DNA of 64,000 bases from contig CM059432.1 of NCBI GenBank assembly GCA_030390025.1, positions 131,752,001-131,816,000 on the forward strand, given 5' to 3'. The notes under the pieces are model-generated. The model ran no database searches, was not told where the DNA came from, and saw nothing but the letters and a program-made list of their open reading frames with translations. The stretch comes from Squalus acanthias. Taxonomy: Eukaryota. Positions 24,664-37,267 of the stretch are shown here, piece by piece. The stretch's first letter is position 1; every line of letters begins with the position of its first letter. A program made the position numbers and the translations under genes.

Positions 24664-25350
24664 GGGGGATCAGAGAGCAACTCACGGGGGTGAGGGACCA
24701 GAGAGCCCAATTCTTGGGGTGGGGAGGGGGTTCAGAGAACAACTCTCGGGGGTAGGGGGGTGGGATCAGAGAACCACTCTCGGTGACTGAGGGATCAGAG
24801 AGCCCAACTCTCGGTGGGGGCGGGGGGGGGAGAGGGGAAGGGGAAGGATCAGATCCCAACTCTCGGGGTTGGGAGGGAGGGATCAGAGAGCCCAACTCTC
24901 GTGGTTGGGGGTTGGAGGGAGATCAAAGAGCAACTCTCAGGGGGAGGGGGGGGGAGAGAGCAACTCTCGGGGGGTCAGAGAGCAACTTTCGAGGGGGGAG
25001 TCAGAAAGCAACTCTTGGGGTTAGAGGATCAGAGAGAAACTCTGGGGGGGAGGTCAGAGAGCAACTCTTGGGGTTAGAGGATCAGAGAGAAACTCTTGGG
25101 GGGAGGTCAGAGAGCAACTCTTGGGGTTAGAGGATCAGAGAGAAACTCTGGGGGGGAGGTCAGAGAGCAACTCTTGGGGTTAGAGGATCAGAGAGAAACT
25201 CTTGGGGTGGGTCAGAGAACAACTCGAGGGAGGGTCAGAGCAACTCTCGAGGGGGGGGAATCAGAGAGAAACTCTGGGGGGGTCAGAGAGCAACTCTCGG
25301 GGAGGGGTATCAGAGAGAAACTCTGGGGGGGGTCAGAGAGCAACTCTCGG
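24664..25350. repeat. G-rich minisatellite (GGGG-ATCAGAGAGCAACTCTC units, ~23-30 bp) with a 53-bp higher-order block
   Basis: Recurrent TCAGAGAG(C/A)AACTCT cores; 53-bp period at 25008, 25061, 25114, 25167. Confidence 0.9.
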
Positions 25351-26114
25351 AGCAGTGGGGAACTTGAATTTGCTTTTAAAATTAAGTATCTCATGCGAGA
25401 TACTTTATTTTAAATGCAAATTCAAATTAAGATTGCCCTCTGAGAATATCTAACGGAATAGTGGGTATAAAGGGATATGGAGCCAAGGCGGGTGTGTGGA
25501 GTTAGGATACAGATCAGTCATAATCTCACCGAAGGGCAGAAAATGCTCAAGAGGCTGAATGGCCTACTCTTGTTCCTATGTTCCTCACTGTAAATCCTTG
25601 TCTGCTCCCTCATATGTACGGTAAAATGAAGTAAACTGCGGAATAAAGGTGTCCTTAAATCCAATCTGGCATGCAGAAAAAGTGCTTAAAATAAACTTGG
25701 CAGTATCTGTAAGGGCTCTTTTGTTGACTAACCCAGATTTCTTACTGATGTCAAGGATTTCATTTTTAGTGTGTAGGGTGGATAGGAAACCTATAGTATT
25801 CGTGTGATACATTTCTTTAAATATTCAATTGTGGTATATCCTGTCCAAGTGAGTGGTGCCAAACAGTACAGAAGGAAACGGCGATAATATTCTGGATCTA
25901 CACAGAAACCACAACTGCGCATAGTCACTCTTAATGCTACTGAAGGAAGCATACAAAAATAATTCTTCCATTGCAGGCAAAATATTAAGATATTCATTTT
26001 CAATTTTGTTGAAACGTTTTCTGTGCTGAATACAGTTTATTTTCAAATGCTCTTGAAATGTGTTGTGTTGTAAGCTGTCAATATCAAATCCAATAAAAAA
26101 ATCTTCCCCTTCAG

Positions 26115-26960
26115 AAAGAGTGAATATTGGGAAGACCGAAAGCCATTGTTTTCGGTCCCCGTCACAATCTCTGTTCCCTAGCCACCTGACTCCATCCCTC
26201 TCCCTAACATCTGTCTGAGGCTGAACCACACAGTTCGCAACCTTGGTGTCATATTTGACCCTGAAATGAGCTTCTGAGCACATATCCGCAGCATAACTAA
26301 GACCGCCTGTTTCCACCTCCACAATATCGCCCATCTGTGCCACTGCCTCAGCTCATCCGCTGCTGAAACCCTCATCCATGCCTTTGTTACCTCTAGACTT
26401 GACTATTCCAACGCTCTCCTGGCTGGCCTCCCACATTCTACCCTACGTAAACTTGAGGTGATCCAAAACTCGGCTGCTCGTGTCCTGACTCGCACCAAGT
26501 CCCGTTCACCCTGTGCTCGCTGACCTACATTGGCTCCCGGTTAAGCAATGCCTCGATTTCAAAATTCTCATCCTTGTTTTCAAATCCGTCCATGGCCTCG
26601 CCCCACCGTATCTCTGTAATCTCCTTCAGCCCCACAACTCCACCGAGATATCTGCGCTCCTCTAATTCTGCTCTCTTGAGCATCCCTGATTATAATCGCT
26701 CAACCATTGGTGGCCGTGCCGTCTGTTGCCTAGGCCCTAAGCTCTGGAATTCCCTGCCTAAACCTCTCCGTCTCGCTACCTCTCTTTCCTCCTTTAAGAT
26801 ACTCCTTAAAACCTACCTCTTTGACCAAGCTTTTGGTTACCTGCCCTAATTTTTCCTTATGTGGCTCGGTGTCAAATGTTTTGTCTTTTAATATTCCTGT
26901 GAAGCGCCTTGGGACTTTTTACTACGTTAAAGGTGCTAAATAAATACAAGTTGTTGTTGT
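26115..26960 (+). mobile_element. L2-clade LINE 3' fragment
   Basis: Encodes VRNLGVIFD, ETLIHAFVTSRLDYSN and LHWLP motifs; (TTG)n tail. Confidence 0.85.
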
Positions 26961-27280
26961 AAAGTAATTCAAACGGCCAACTGAAAATAAACAAGTTTGT
27001 AAATACTTTTCTTAGCAGATACAATGGGAGTAATTGAAATCAATGGGATGAAAATCAGACAGGTTCAACCACAGCTGGGTGATCTGCTCTGGCAGATTAC
27101 CACCAGTATTTGTGTCAGTCACCTTTTCTAATTCCACCACAGCAAGAGGCCTGTGCCAAGCACCATTTTGTTACAAGAAGGCACTTCTGATGTTTTGCCC
27201 CACTAATAATACTACATGGAAAAAAATACTACATGGGGGGGAAAAAATCAAATAGCAACACGTAGGCCATACCTAACTTA

Positions 27281-28055
27281 TGATGCGGAGATGCCGGCGT
27301 TGGACTGGGGTGGACAAAAATGAGAAGTCGCACAACACCAGGTTATAGTCCAACAGATTTATTTAAAATTACAAGCTTTCGGAGCTATCCTGCCCCTTCT
27401 TCAGGTAGAGTTACTGTGAGAGAATCTACCAGAATTCACAGAATATAAACACAGAGAAAATGCAGAGATTCAATCTTTCCCTACATCAAAGACACACTAA
27501 GAGCACAGCCAAGACAATGAGATGTGTCCCAGGGGGTCCAACGTGTCAAAACACCTGCTGGCTGCATATCCTCTCCATTTGGGTTTGTTTCTTGTGTTTG
27601 TTTCTTGTGTTTGTTTTTTTAAAAAGCTGGAAAGACAGGCAACGATGTCAAGTCACGTTCTGTAGCGTGACATGAACCCGATCGGGATATTGGGTTCATG
27701 TCACGCTACAGAACGTGACTTGACATCGTTGCCTGTCTTTCCAGCTTTTAAAAAAAACAAACACAAGCAACAAACACAAGAAACAAACCCAAATGGAGAG
27801 GATATGCAGCCAGCAGGTGTTTTGACACATTGGACCCACTGGGACACATCTCATTGTCTTGGCTGTGCTCTTAGTTTGTCTTTGATGTAGGGAAAGATTG
27901 AATCTCTGCATTTTCTCTGTGTTTATATTCTGTGAATTCTGGTAGATTCTCTCACAGTAACTCTACCTGAAGAAGGGGCAGGATAGCTCCGAAAGCTTGT
28001 AATTTTAAATAAATCTGTTGGACTATAACCTGGTGTTGTGCGACTTCTCATTTTT
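27281..28055. mobile_element. Fold-back element 2: same termini as element 1, 367-bp inverted arms
   Basis: Arms 27316-27682 and 27689-28055 with ~6-nt loop; exact 12-bp TSD ATACCTAACTTA at 27269-27280 and 28056-28067. Confidence 0.92.
27964..28001 (+). ncRNA. Minimal type I hammerhead ribozyme motif (antisense copy 27370-27407)
   Basis: TAC-CTGAAGA-A-GGGGC aggata GCTCC-GAA-AGCT-T-GTA. Confidence 0.75.
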
Positions 28056-28093
28056 ATACCTAACTTAGACAAAGCTTTAATCTTACTTCTTGA

Positions 28094-28472
28094 TCTAGCT
28101 TGACATTCCCAATGCAGTACTGAGGGAGTGCTGCACTGTTGGAGGTGCCGTCTTTCGGATGAAACCTGAAACCGAGGCCCTGCCTGCCTTCTCAGGTGGA
28201 TGTAAACGATGCCATGGCACTATTTCGAAGATGAGCAGGGGGAGTTCTCCCTGGTGTCCTGGCCAACATTTATCCCTCAACCAACGTCACTAAAACAGAT
28301 TATCTTGTCATTATCACATTGCTGTTTGTGGGAGCTTGCTGTGCGCAAATTGGCTGCCGCGTTTCCTACATTACAACAGTGACCACACTTCAAAAGTACT
28401 TCATTGGCTGTAAAGCGCTTTGGGACGTCCTGAGGTCGGGAAATGCGCTATAGCGTGCAAGTTTTTCTTTCT
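28094..28472 (+). mobile_element. Deu-type SINE, 5'-truncated
   Basis: Reverse complement homologue of 6043-6415. Confidence 0.75.
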
Positions 28473-30072
28473 TTATCTCAAAGAGCTATCTGCATGAGGA
28501 AGAACCCATGAGATGCATGCTTAAGCAGACTATCAGACCTGGAAGATTGTGAAAGTAATTGTTCCTTTTTCTGCACCTGCCTTGTAGGGTTACCAATCCT
28601 CTCGGATTGTCTGGGAGTCTCCTGGAATGGAAGATGAATCTCCCAGGCACTATTACTAGCAAACTGAGAGAAAAGTAAAGCTTTGCGCCTGGGATTTTCA
28701 CCTGCGTTCATCCTAATCCTGCTACGCCAACCCACATTCCCACTAGGACTCACTGACCTGCCCATTTGCCTTTTCAAGTTGGATGGCGGTGGCGGAGTTT
28801 GCCAATTTGTTAGTGCTGTCCTTGCTTTCTGGCTCGCTCCACAATGTCACTTCTCACAGCTAAATTTGTGTGAAATTTTAAATCAAAGAAAGAAAGAAAA
28901 ACTTGCGTCTATATAGTGCCTTTCATGACCTCGGGACGTCTCAAAGTGCTTTACAGCCAATGAAGTATTGTCACTGTCGTAGGAATGGGAGGCCTAAACT
29001 TTCCATGTGTGGCCCGGAGGAAAGTAAACATATGTATCTTGAATGGCCTCTTCTGCTTCCAATCCTCTTCTCACTTGACTTTACCTGGCAGGAAAGCCGC
29101 AGTTGGGTCCTGATGATGTCACCAGACCCCAAGCTGCATATTTACAGAAGGACCATGCCGGCTTTAGGCGGGTGCCTTTGCTGCCTGCTGAGAAGGACAG
29201 GTTAAATTTGAATATGGCAGGGACCAGGCAGCACATCAGCGGGTAAATCACCTGGTCGATTTTAACCGCCCACCCACCTGGTTTCTGCTGAGCGGGTAGG
29301 GTTAAAATCAACTCCATTATTTAAGAGTAAAATCATATTTCACCTATTGCTACTTCCAGTTGCCATGACCTCTGCATATTTCTTTTGCAGCTAAGTAATA
29401 CTTTGCTGGAAAGGGCTGTTCCTACCTTGCGCTGAAATTTTCTTGCTAGCCTTTGGAACTGTGACTGATAAGATGTTGTAGTAGTTTCCTTTGCTCTTTG
29501 AGGATCTCCAGCTATTGTAATTTCCTCGAAAAATCTACTAAAGGCAGGTTTGGATAACAGTAATTTATTTTATGCTGTTCCGCTGAGATATTGAGCTGTC
29601 GCTGGGGCCACAGTAGTTTTGTGGAGCCAGTAGCAGCTCTCCAATACTGCTGGCCCCACACAAATTCTCCCACCAAAAGATTCTGAGCTTTTCTTGAGCT
29701 GTCACCCTTTTGAGAACCGCTGGCAAGGCCGCTGGGCGGAGCGTGTGCGGTTGCATGTACCGCCCATTTGTACTTGAATATTACAAACGGGGTCCTACAA
29801 CGAGAGTTAATTCAGATTTCCATCTCGCACTTCCTAACAGCTGGTTATAGCGAAACATTGGAAGAAGTCTGGGAGCCGGCGACTTGCCTCCACCTGAGCC
29901 AGGAAAAATTGAATTTTGGTTGACATGCCCTATAAAAGGAGACAACATAAGGACGAGATAGGGAAAACAAAGTACATGTAAATCTAAAATTAAAATAAGT
30001 GTACATTAAAAATATGAAGGTAGTTCCTATACAGAACAATATTGTCCTCATTTTATCTGATTTGTTCATCAG

Positions 30073-30238
30073 AATCGGTATGTCCTACAAGAATCCCTGT
30101 AGCTGCACGTGATGAGAAAGGTTTTGAACTGATGCTGGGCTTTAAAATACCGCAAAAAGCTCAGGAAATATCCGGATCATTGACCACAGAAGCAGGTTTC
30201 CTATTGACATCTCAAACAGATGTGACAGAGAATACCAG
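30073..30238 (+). CDS. col21a1: COL21A1-like exon: start of TSPN domain (ESVCPTRIPVAARDEKGFELMLG...TENTR)
   Basis: Acceptor ttcatcag, donor AG|GTATGG; 166 nt, phase 1 to 2. Confidence 0.93.
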
Positions 30239-30590
30239 GTATGGTTTGCAGTTGAAGATGTAATAATCTGTGTCTAAGCATATTCTAGTTCACAAAATAA
30301 ATGTGGAAAAAAGGAATCAAATCCTTGTTGTAGCATAGCAAAAACACACCTGAGGGCAAGGTTTTCAACTGGTTGAAATAGTAAAGAGCTACACTTTGGC
30401 TGGCACCTTGCTTTGATGTAATTAACCACAACATTATCACCATGTTTGAGCTGACTGATCCTGGGGCAACTCCCGCTATTTTTATTCCTGGACCTCTGCA
30501 AATCTTGCAACTTGACCAAAATGTTTCTGAATAGCCAAGAAAATTGTGAATTGATGATTTAAAACTGCAGCTTTTATTTCAGAAGAGACT

Positions 30591-30805
30591 TGACGTAATA
30601 AAGACTCACTACGCACTTGAACATAAAGCAAGGCTTTAATCAACTTGTAACAAAACATGGAGGTCTAGTTAGCAGTCACTAGCTTCCTGTTTCCAGATTG
30701 TCTCTGCCCAAGGTGGGCCCATGCCTGAGTATTTATACTCCCTGGACGGCGCCCCAGCTGGCCACCCAGTAGTACTTCCTGAGTTGTTACTTGCGATTTA
30801 TGACA
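30591..30805 (-). mobile_element. Solo LTR (215 bp)
   Basis: TG...CA ends (TGACGTAAT...ATTTATGACA); exact 5-bp TSD AGACT; TATAAATA and ATTAAA on the minus strand. Confidence 0.8.
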
Positions 30806-31257
30806 AGACTAGTTATAATTTTCCAAGATTTATAAAATTAAACAAAGGGATTTCTTCATGAGGAGCATAATCTGTAGGGATAGTTGAAAGGAAATTGTGT
30901 TACATGGAACATTATCACGATATCTCCACGGGAAGTCCTGAATATTGTGATGAGAGTTTATAAATGTTCATGTAGTGTTGAATCCTTTGAAAAGCAAAAC
31001 TAGTTTGCCAGGAAATGTTATTCTTGGATCAGAATTCCTACAGTCCCTAGATAAAAATAGCTAATCTGCAAATGTTTGTAGCCATTTCTTTAACAATTAA
31101 ATCTGAACTAACATAATGGAAAATACTGAACCAAAATATACATCATTCCAGTTCTAAAACATACTAATGTCTTTACAAAATTGGGAGTAAATTGATGAGA
31201 TTTATATCAATGGGCATTTAAGAATGGATAACTGGGAGTTTTAGTGTTTGGATCATG

Positions 31258-31517
31258 ATAAGAATATAAGAATTAGGAGCAGGAGTAGACCATTTGGCCC
31301 TTCGAGCCTGCTCCACCATTCACTAAGGTCATGCATGATCTTTGATCTCAACTCCACCCTCCCGCCCTATCCCCATATCCCTTGATTCCCTTAGAGTCCA
31401 AAAATCTATCGACCTCTGTCTTGAATATACTCAACGACAGCCCTCTGGGGTAGAGAATTCCAAAGATTCCCAACCCGCTGAGTAAAGAAATTCCTCCTCA
31501 TCTCAGTCCTAAATGGA
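31258..31517 (-). mobile_element. CR1 3' fragment
   Basis: Homology to the CR1 3' UTR at 9650-9900. Confidence 0.8.
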
Positions 31518-32667
31518 CTGATGTTGCATTTAAATACAATTTACAGCCCATTTTCTGCTCCCTGCCTGATTTTCTTTTCAGTTATGGAAAAGAAAGCCAG
31601 GCAGAGTGTAAAACGAGCCGCCAATTCGCTATCGCTTGCTTTGCTCTTCCACCCAGGACGAATTTCATCCCCCTTAATGTTTCATCAGGAATTGTATACA
31701 GTGGAAATGGATATTAAATGGATTGTTTCAGTGAAATTCAGTGCACAGACCAGAGATTATCTCATTACCAGATTACCTGGAGTCAATGGTGATGATTATG
31801 TTAGTATCCTTGCAAGTACTTCTCAGAATTATATGTGTAGTTTCATTTTTTGTATAGATTTCATTTCCTATCTAAAACACAAATTTAGCTTTTTGCATCT
31901 TGGTGCTAAGTAGTGCAAGTAGTGTACTTGTATATCATTTCACCTAATCATAAAATAGCTTTCAGCATGATCTGACAGGAAAGTCACAACCTTTACCGGT
32001 TTGAACCTAAATAACTGAGTTATATTGGCAATTAGAGGGTTCCTTCACATAAGACCCATTTTCATTTTATTGACTAAAAAATATGGGGGGGGGGGGCGGG
32101 AGAAAGTAGTTTTGGGTGGTAGCCTGTTTTACACCCCGCCCAATTTTGTTTTCCATTAGTCCTTTATGCACTACCGACCAAGACCTTGTTCACCCCCACT
32201 TTGTTTATAATGGATAGCGATGGTAGGATTAGAGGTCATCCCGAGTTAGGTTCGATGTCAGGATGTATTTCTTTTCACAGAGAGTCATCGCCCTCTGGAA
32301 CACACTGCTAAGATACGTGGTGAGTATGGAGTCGCTACACTCCTTTAAAAGGGAGCTTGACAGATTCCTGAGAGAAGAGGACATTTCCAGTTACAGGTGA
32401 TCAGTTGCTAGTTAGTTGTGATTTGTGAAGACTCATTGAGCACCTGAAGCTTAATTGATTGTCTTCGCAAGTTGGAGAGGAATTTCTCAGTTTTTTCTAA
32501 ATTGGCGAAAGATTTTTATTCCTTTGTTTATTTTTGCCTGTCCCATGGGATAGCAGTGTTAGGGGGTGTGCAAATGGTGTGCGAGACTGCATTGTCGACT
32601 GGATAAGGGGATAAGGAAGGCTTAATGGTCTTTTCTTGTCCTTTTCATATGTTGATTTGTATCGTCC

Positions 32668-33465
32668 CGCTAGAGTTTTACACTTTTTTCCAAAACTGGC
32701 AATTTGGTAACAGTAGCCCAGGTTTTCCTGTCAAAATAACAGTGAGGCGAATGGCGCTCGCCGTTATTTATGCGCAAATGATACAGCAACATCAGGCGAG
32801 GGGCAGATGCACGGTTAAACTCAAATATCCAAAAGTTGCTGCCCGAGTTGCGTCGCTCTGCCGTTCGCATCCCAAAAACGGCATCTCGCTGTCTGCCTCA
32901 CCATTGAAATGCATTGAATGGGGTGAAATTGCTGTATTTGCGTGGTAGATACGAACTAAACTCACCACAGAAAGTTAAGTCTTGTCCATTTCAGTCTAAA
33001 TACCCTTTTAATGATGTGATAAGTGTTAATTACTGCCAGCCAACCTCTCTGGCAGTGAAAATTAATTATTGCAATTGTGGAGCCTCATTCCTTCAGGTTT
33101 TTTAAAAAAAATGTACTTTTCCTTTCTGTCTCTTTTTTCTCTCTCTTAATTTGATCTTTCTTTCCCTCTCTTTATTTCGCCTTCTGTACCTGATTTGGCA
33201 TTGAATTCACCCACTCTAAGTTCCCTTTCCTTCTCAGACCTTGCGCTGTTAATTTCACAATCCTTCAATCTGATTGGTTAAGGAGATACACAGTCACTTG
33301 GCCTGTTCACGCGGGGCACTGATGCCCTGTTTCCCTCGCTGCAACGTTACCAGCGCGCACTTTCAGCAACTTACCGTGCAAAAACTGTAAAAACCTAAAT
33401 GCGCAAGGGCAAGTCTAACTAACAGCAGGCGCCGTTAGATGCCCTGTCACAGCAAATGATGGCCC
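32668..33465. mobile_element. Probable non-autonomous Harbinger-like DNA element
   Basis: CpG-rich block with GCTAGAGTTTT / AAATGATGGCCC ends resembling the other MITEs; TSD not resolved. Confidence 0.45.
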
Positions 33466-33706
33466 TATGTTCCTAACAATTTGGGTTTCAAATAAGTTGA
33501 AGCAAGAGTTTAAGAATGCAAAAAAAAAGAACAGTCATGGGCCTCAAATGCATTGCTGGGACACAAAAGTTTATACAAAAGTTCTTGGTTTGTTTATGGC
33601 AGGTATCTGTGAAAAATGCAGATGTGCAATTATGAAATCAGAGCCCACATTTTCCTCTGTTGGTTTGAGTATATGAAATATAATCATATTTTTTATATAT
33701 TTCCAG

Positions 33707-33932
33707 AGACATATTTCCAGAAGGCCTGCCTCCTTCTTATGTATTTGTTGCCACCCTACGTTTAAAAAGCCCAACTAACAAGCAGAAATTTGACTTATGG
33801 AGAATCCTGTCTAAAGAAGGAATCATTCAGGCAGCTGTCACAATTGATGGTGAACAACAGGCCGTGTACTTTTCTACTACCAGTCTGGCCAATGAGATCC
33901 AGACAGTGGCATTTAACGATGGCAAACTAGAG
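33707..33932 (+). CDS. col21a1: COL21A1-like exon: TSPN/LamG (DIFPEGLPPSYVFVATLRLK...FDLWRILSK...FNDGKLE)
   Basis: Acceptor tatttccag, donor GAG|GTTGGT; 226 nt, phase 2 to 0; translated by hand, absent from the ORF track. Confidence 0.93.
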
Positions 33933-34319
33933 GTTGGTGCTCTTACTATAGCTGACTTAGTGCTTCATGTACAATATTTTTAATCTGACACTAAATAAAT
34001 GGAGCAGGCTGAGCATGATCCTGTAAAGTTATCAAATGTATCTTAAATCTATTTTGGAGTTTGAATGTTTATACATAAATTTGGCGATTAACTATTAAAC
34101 TATATAGCACAGGAAGGAAAATACATAAAGGATAGAAATTTGGCTTGGGCAGTAGCGCAAACCGGGCGGTCTTGCATCAGCCGCCTGTTATACGCCCTGC
34201 CCAATATTCAAATCCATTGGTACTGAGTATCGGGCTAGGTATGTAACGGGCAGCCAATGTGATACCGCCCGTTTTGCGCTAAAAGAAATGTTTTGCGCTA
34301 CCACCCAGTACGAATCTCT

Positions 34320-35019
34320 GGGGGCGATTTTGTTAATGGGGGCGCGTTGGAGGCGGGACTGCTGCTTGGCGGGTCGATGTCCCGCCTCCATCGATTTGTG
34401 GCCAACCCACGCTATTTTCCCTTGATTGACCTTGTTAAGCCCAGCCCAGTGGGCTTAGCAGGCCAATTGAAGGATAGCCGGTTGCAGAGAACGTCAACAT
34501 ATGACGTTTCATCTGTCAAAAAATGTTGACAGATGAATTGTCATTGTTTGACAGCTCTGTGAAGCTGTCAAACAGTGACATTCTCTGTAGTTTGATGAGG
34601 TCTTGAATTCAAGATCTCATCAAACTTCTTTCTTTTACAAAAGTGAGATGGTTGTCGCATCTGAGAATGCAACGGCCATCTCTCATCTGCAACACGGAGG
34701 TCTGAGACTCTCCGCATACACACCGACTGAAGCCTGCAGGAAGAAACAAAGGTAAGTACACTTTTACTAACACTTTGCACTTACCTCAGATACTCACCTC
34801 TCCACTCTTGCACCCATCACTTACCTTCACACCACACCACAGGCAGTTAATAGGCTTTAATCCCTTCCCGCCTCCAAGGAGACGGGACCCGGCGCAGGAC
34901 GGCTACCCGCCTCCTAGGAAGATGGCATGGAGGTGGGTTGGGCACCCGCCCCAAAATTCTGCCATTTTCCCAGCAATCCTGCCTCCATACCCGCCTCCCT
35001 GGGCTGGCAAAATCGCCCC
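34320..35019. mobile_element. Harbinger-type MITE nested in the end of a short MITE (34130-~35026)
   Basis: TIR GGGGCGATTTTG...CAAAATCGCCCC; TSD TCT; partial homologue at 39863-39970. Confidence 0.75.
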
Positions 35020-37093
35020 TCTATCTCTTATGTATTTGCAGAATGCAATAAATTTTATTAACACTATTTCAATTTACAAAGATTTTCTTGATAACTGCAG
35101 TGATAAATAAATAAACTTCTTAGTAACAGGCACATACCTTGCTTGATTATATTTGGCAAAAATGTAGGCCATGAAGATCTGCAGGCCTACTGGCACGCTC
35201 CTGCTGTGGCTCCGGATGCAAGAACTGGATGTGCTAACCCGGAGCTTGGGGGAAGCTTGCTGCCTCATCGTGGCCTATTCCCTCCATGCTCCTATATGCA
35301 AGGATGTCCAGAGTGACCTCCTCCAAGAGAAACCAAGGATTATGATTGTTGAGACCTCCTCCACTTTGGGTCTATTCTCTGGTATTTTGCGCCATCTTGT
35401 TGTAGTAGTCTTCAGATGCTATAAGTTGAAGGAGTACATACACAGCAACATATGCTCAACATACAGCCCATCCTGTGTCAGTAAATGACCACAATAGTTA
35501 GGTGTGTTACAATGGTTTTATGTGTGAAGCCTTTTGAAGATGTGAGTATGCCGAGGCTTTTGGTTGTAAGTTGCAGCTTGAATGTGTGGTCTGCTGGAGT
35601 ATGGGTAGGAATGGTTAGCAATGGAAGAGCTGTAAAGCTATAGGAGTACTTGGCATGAGCAGCAGCAGCTCTATGGACAACATCTATGTGGACATTTAGC
35701 TTGAAATGCCTATATCTATTTAAATCTTTGCAACATTCTTTAATTTCCCACCCCACTTTGGCAAGGTTTTAGTACCGGGCTCAGTAGGGAGGGGGACTCT
35801 ATCTGAGTAATAAGTTAGGGCAATCACGGGAGGTTGGCTCACCTGAAAGCCGGCAAGCATTAAGCATGCTACACACTGGTTCTCCAACTTTACTGCTGGG
35901 ACTGGAACCTTTACGCCATTGTATTGAAAGAAATAGTTAATGCATTGGGCTAACACATCTTGGTTTAAATATAACTCAGGCTGATTGATAAAATCTCCTT
36001 TCATCTCAATGTAAAGTTCCTACGTGAAATGCATTCGGTGCTGCATCATAGATCAACCGCATGCTATTGTCCTTAATTTGACATGCATGGATGCACAGCT
36101 TGCAACTGTCCATAATTTGGCATTTTTACTCAAAGATTTAAAAAAAAATACATTGCTGTTGTGGCAAGTGGAAAAGTTCACACTGGTGCATAGTGGGTGC
36201 TGTAATGAAGTTGGGATTACAGTGCGTTGTTTAATAATTAAGGTAGATGGAGTTTTTCTTTGTATCTGCCCATATAACTTGACTTGGAGTGCTCAGTACT
36301 AATACTGGGTGCCCAAAGTGGGAAAATGTTCCATTCCCCAGCTCTGATATCCTTCACCTCACCCTCCGACCCCACCCCCAGATAAAATCAGTAATGGGCC
36401 ATTTCAGCTGTGAAAAGAAACCGTTGCAGAGGTTCCAAGATTCCGACTAAAAGTAAATGTACTGTGTGGAAAATGTAAAAATGCAGACTTGTATTTCTTG
36501 GCGTCAAGAAAAAAAAGACCCTTACTTGAAATATGGTGGTTAAAGATCTTGAATTTTTTGACAATAATCTTATTTATTTCATGCTAACATTGATTTGCCA
36601 AATGAGATAAAGTGATGGCAGTTGATACATTTGCACATATTTTCCTAAAAAACCATAATGACAAGTATCATGTTCATATATGAAAGAAAACTGTAGGCTA
36701 TAGTCCATTTATAAATTCTACTACTAAAAATAATCCAGTGTTTTCCGTATTTTGGAAAGGTATTTAACTGGTGCATTGGAAATAAATTGAATCTTTTGTT
36801 AGAAATTCTGAAAAATATGAATAGAGGGATATTTTCTTTCGAGTCTTTACTCCCATCATAAATTGGATGAAAGGAAATTTTTTTGATGGGGGAGAACCTT
36901 GTTAAGAGCTTGTTGAGAGACAATCAAGAGCTATTGATGCAGAATTGCAAAATGTGGGAAATAAATGGAAAAAGAGCCCTGAACCTCAACTCAGACCCGG
37001 CATTAAGACACACAAAGGAGAGGCAAGATTTCAGAGTATCAATTTCAATTCAATTTCAAAATAACCTAAAAATGTTTCTGTCTTATTCAATAG

Positions 37094-37267
37094 AAACTGT
37101 TTGATGAAGACTGGCATCAGTTAAGGTTACTGGTACTAGAAATGGAAGTCACCTGCTTTTTAGACGACACACAAATTCAGAATAGACGTCTTGAGCAAGT
37201 CATTCCTATTTTCATAAATGGAAAGGCCCAGGTGGCCAAACATGTGAAAAGAGAGACATCTGTATCC
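37094..37267 (+). CDS. col21a1: COL21A1-like exon: TSPN/LamG (KLFDEDWHQLRLLV...IFINGKAQVAKHVKRETSVS)
   Basis: Acceptor attcaatag, donor TCC|GTAAGT; 174 nt, phase 0 to 0. Confidence 0.93.

Noticed and set aside
24395..25453. Several Gly/Pro-rich ORFs, and a superficially CRISPR-like repeat-spacer look
   Set aside because: Translations of a minisatellite; spacers are G-runs rather than unique sequences, there are no cas genes, and the DNA is eukaryotic; not Gly-X-Y collagen
27460..27911. Mirror-image 71-aa ORFs on both strands
   Set aside because: A by-product of the palindrome; no recognisable domain
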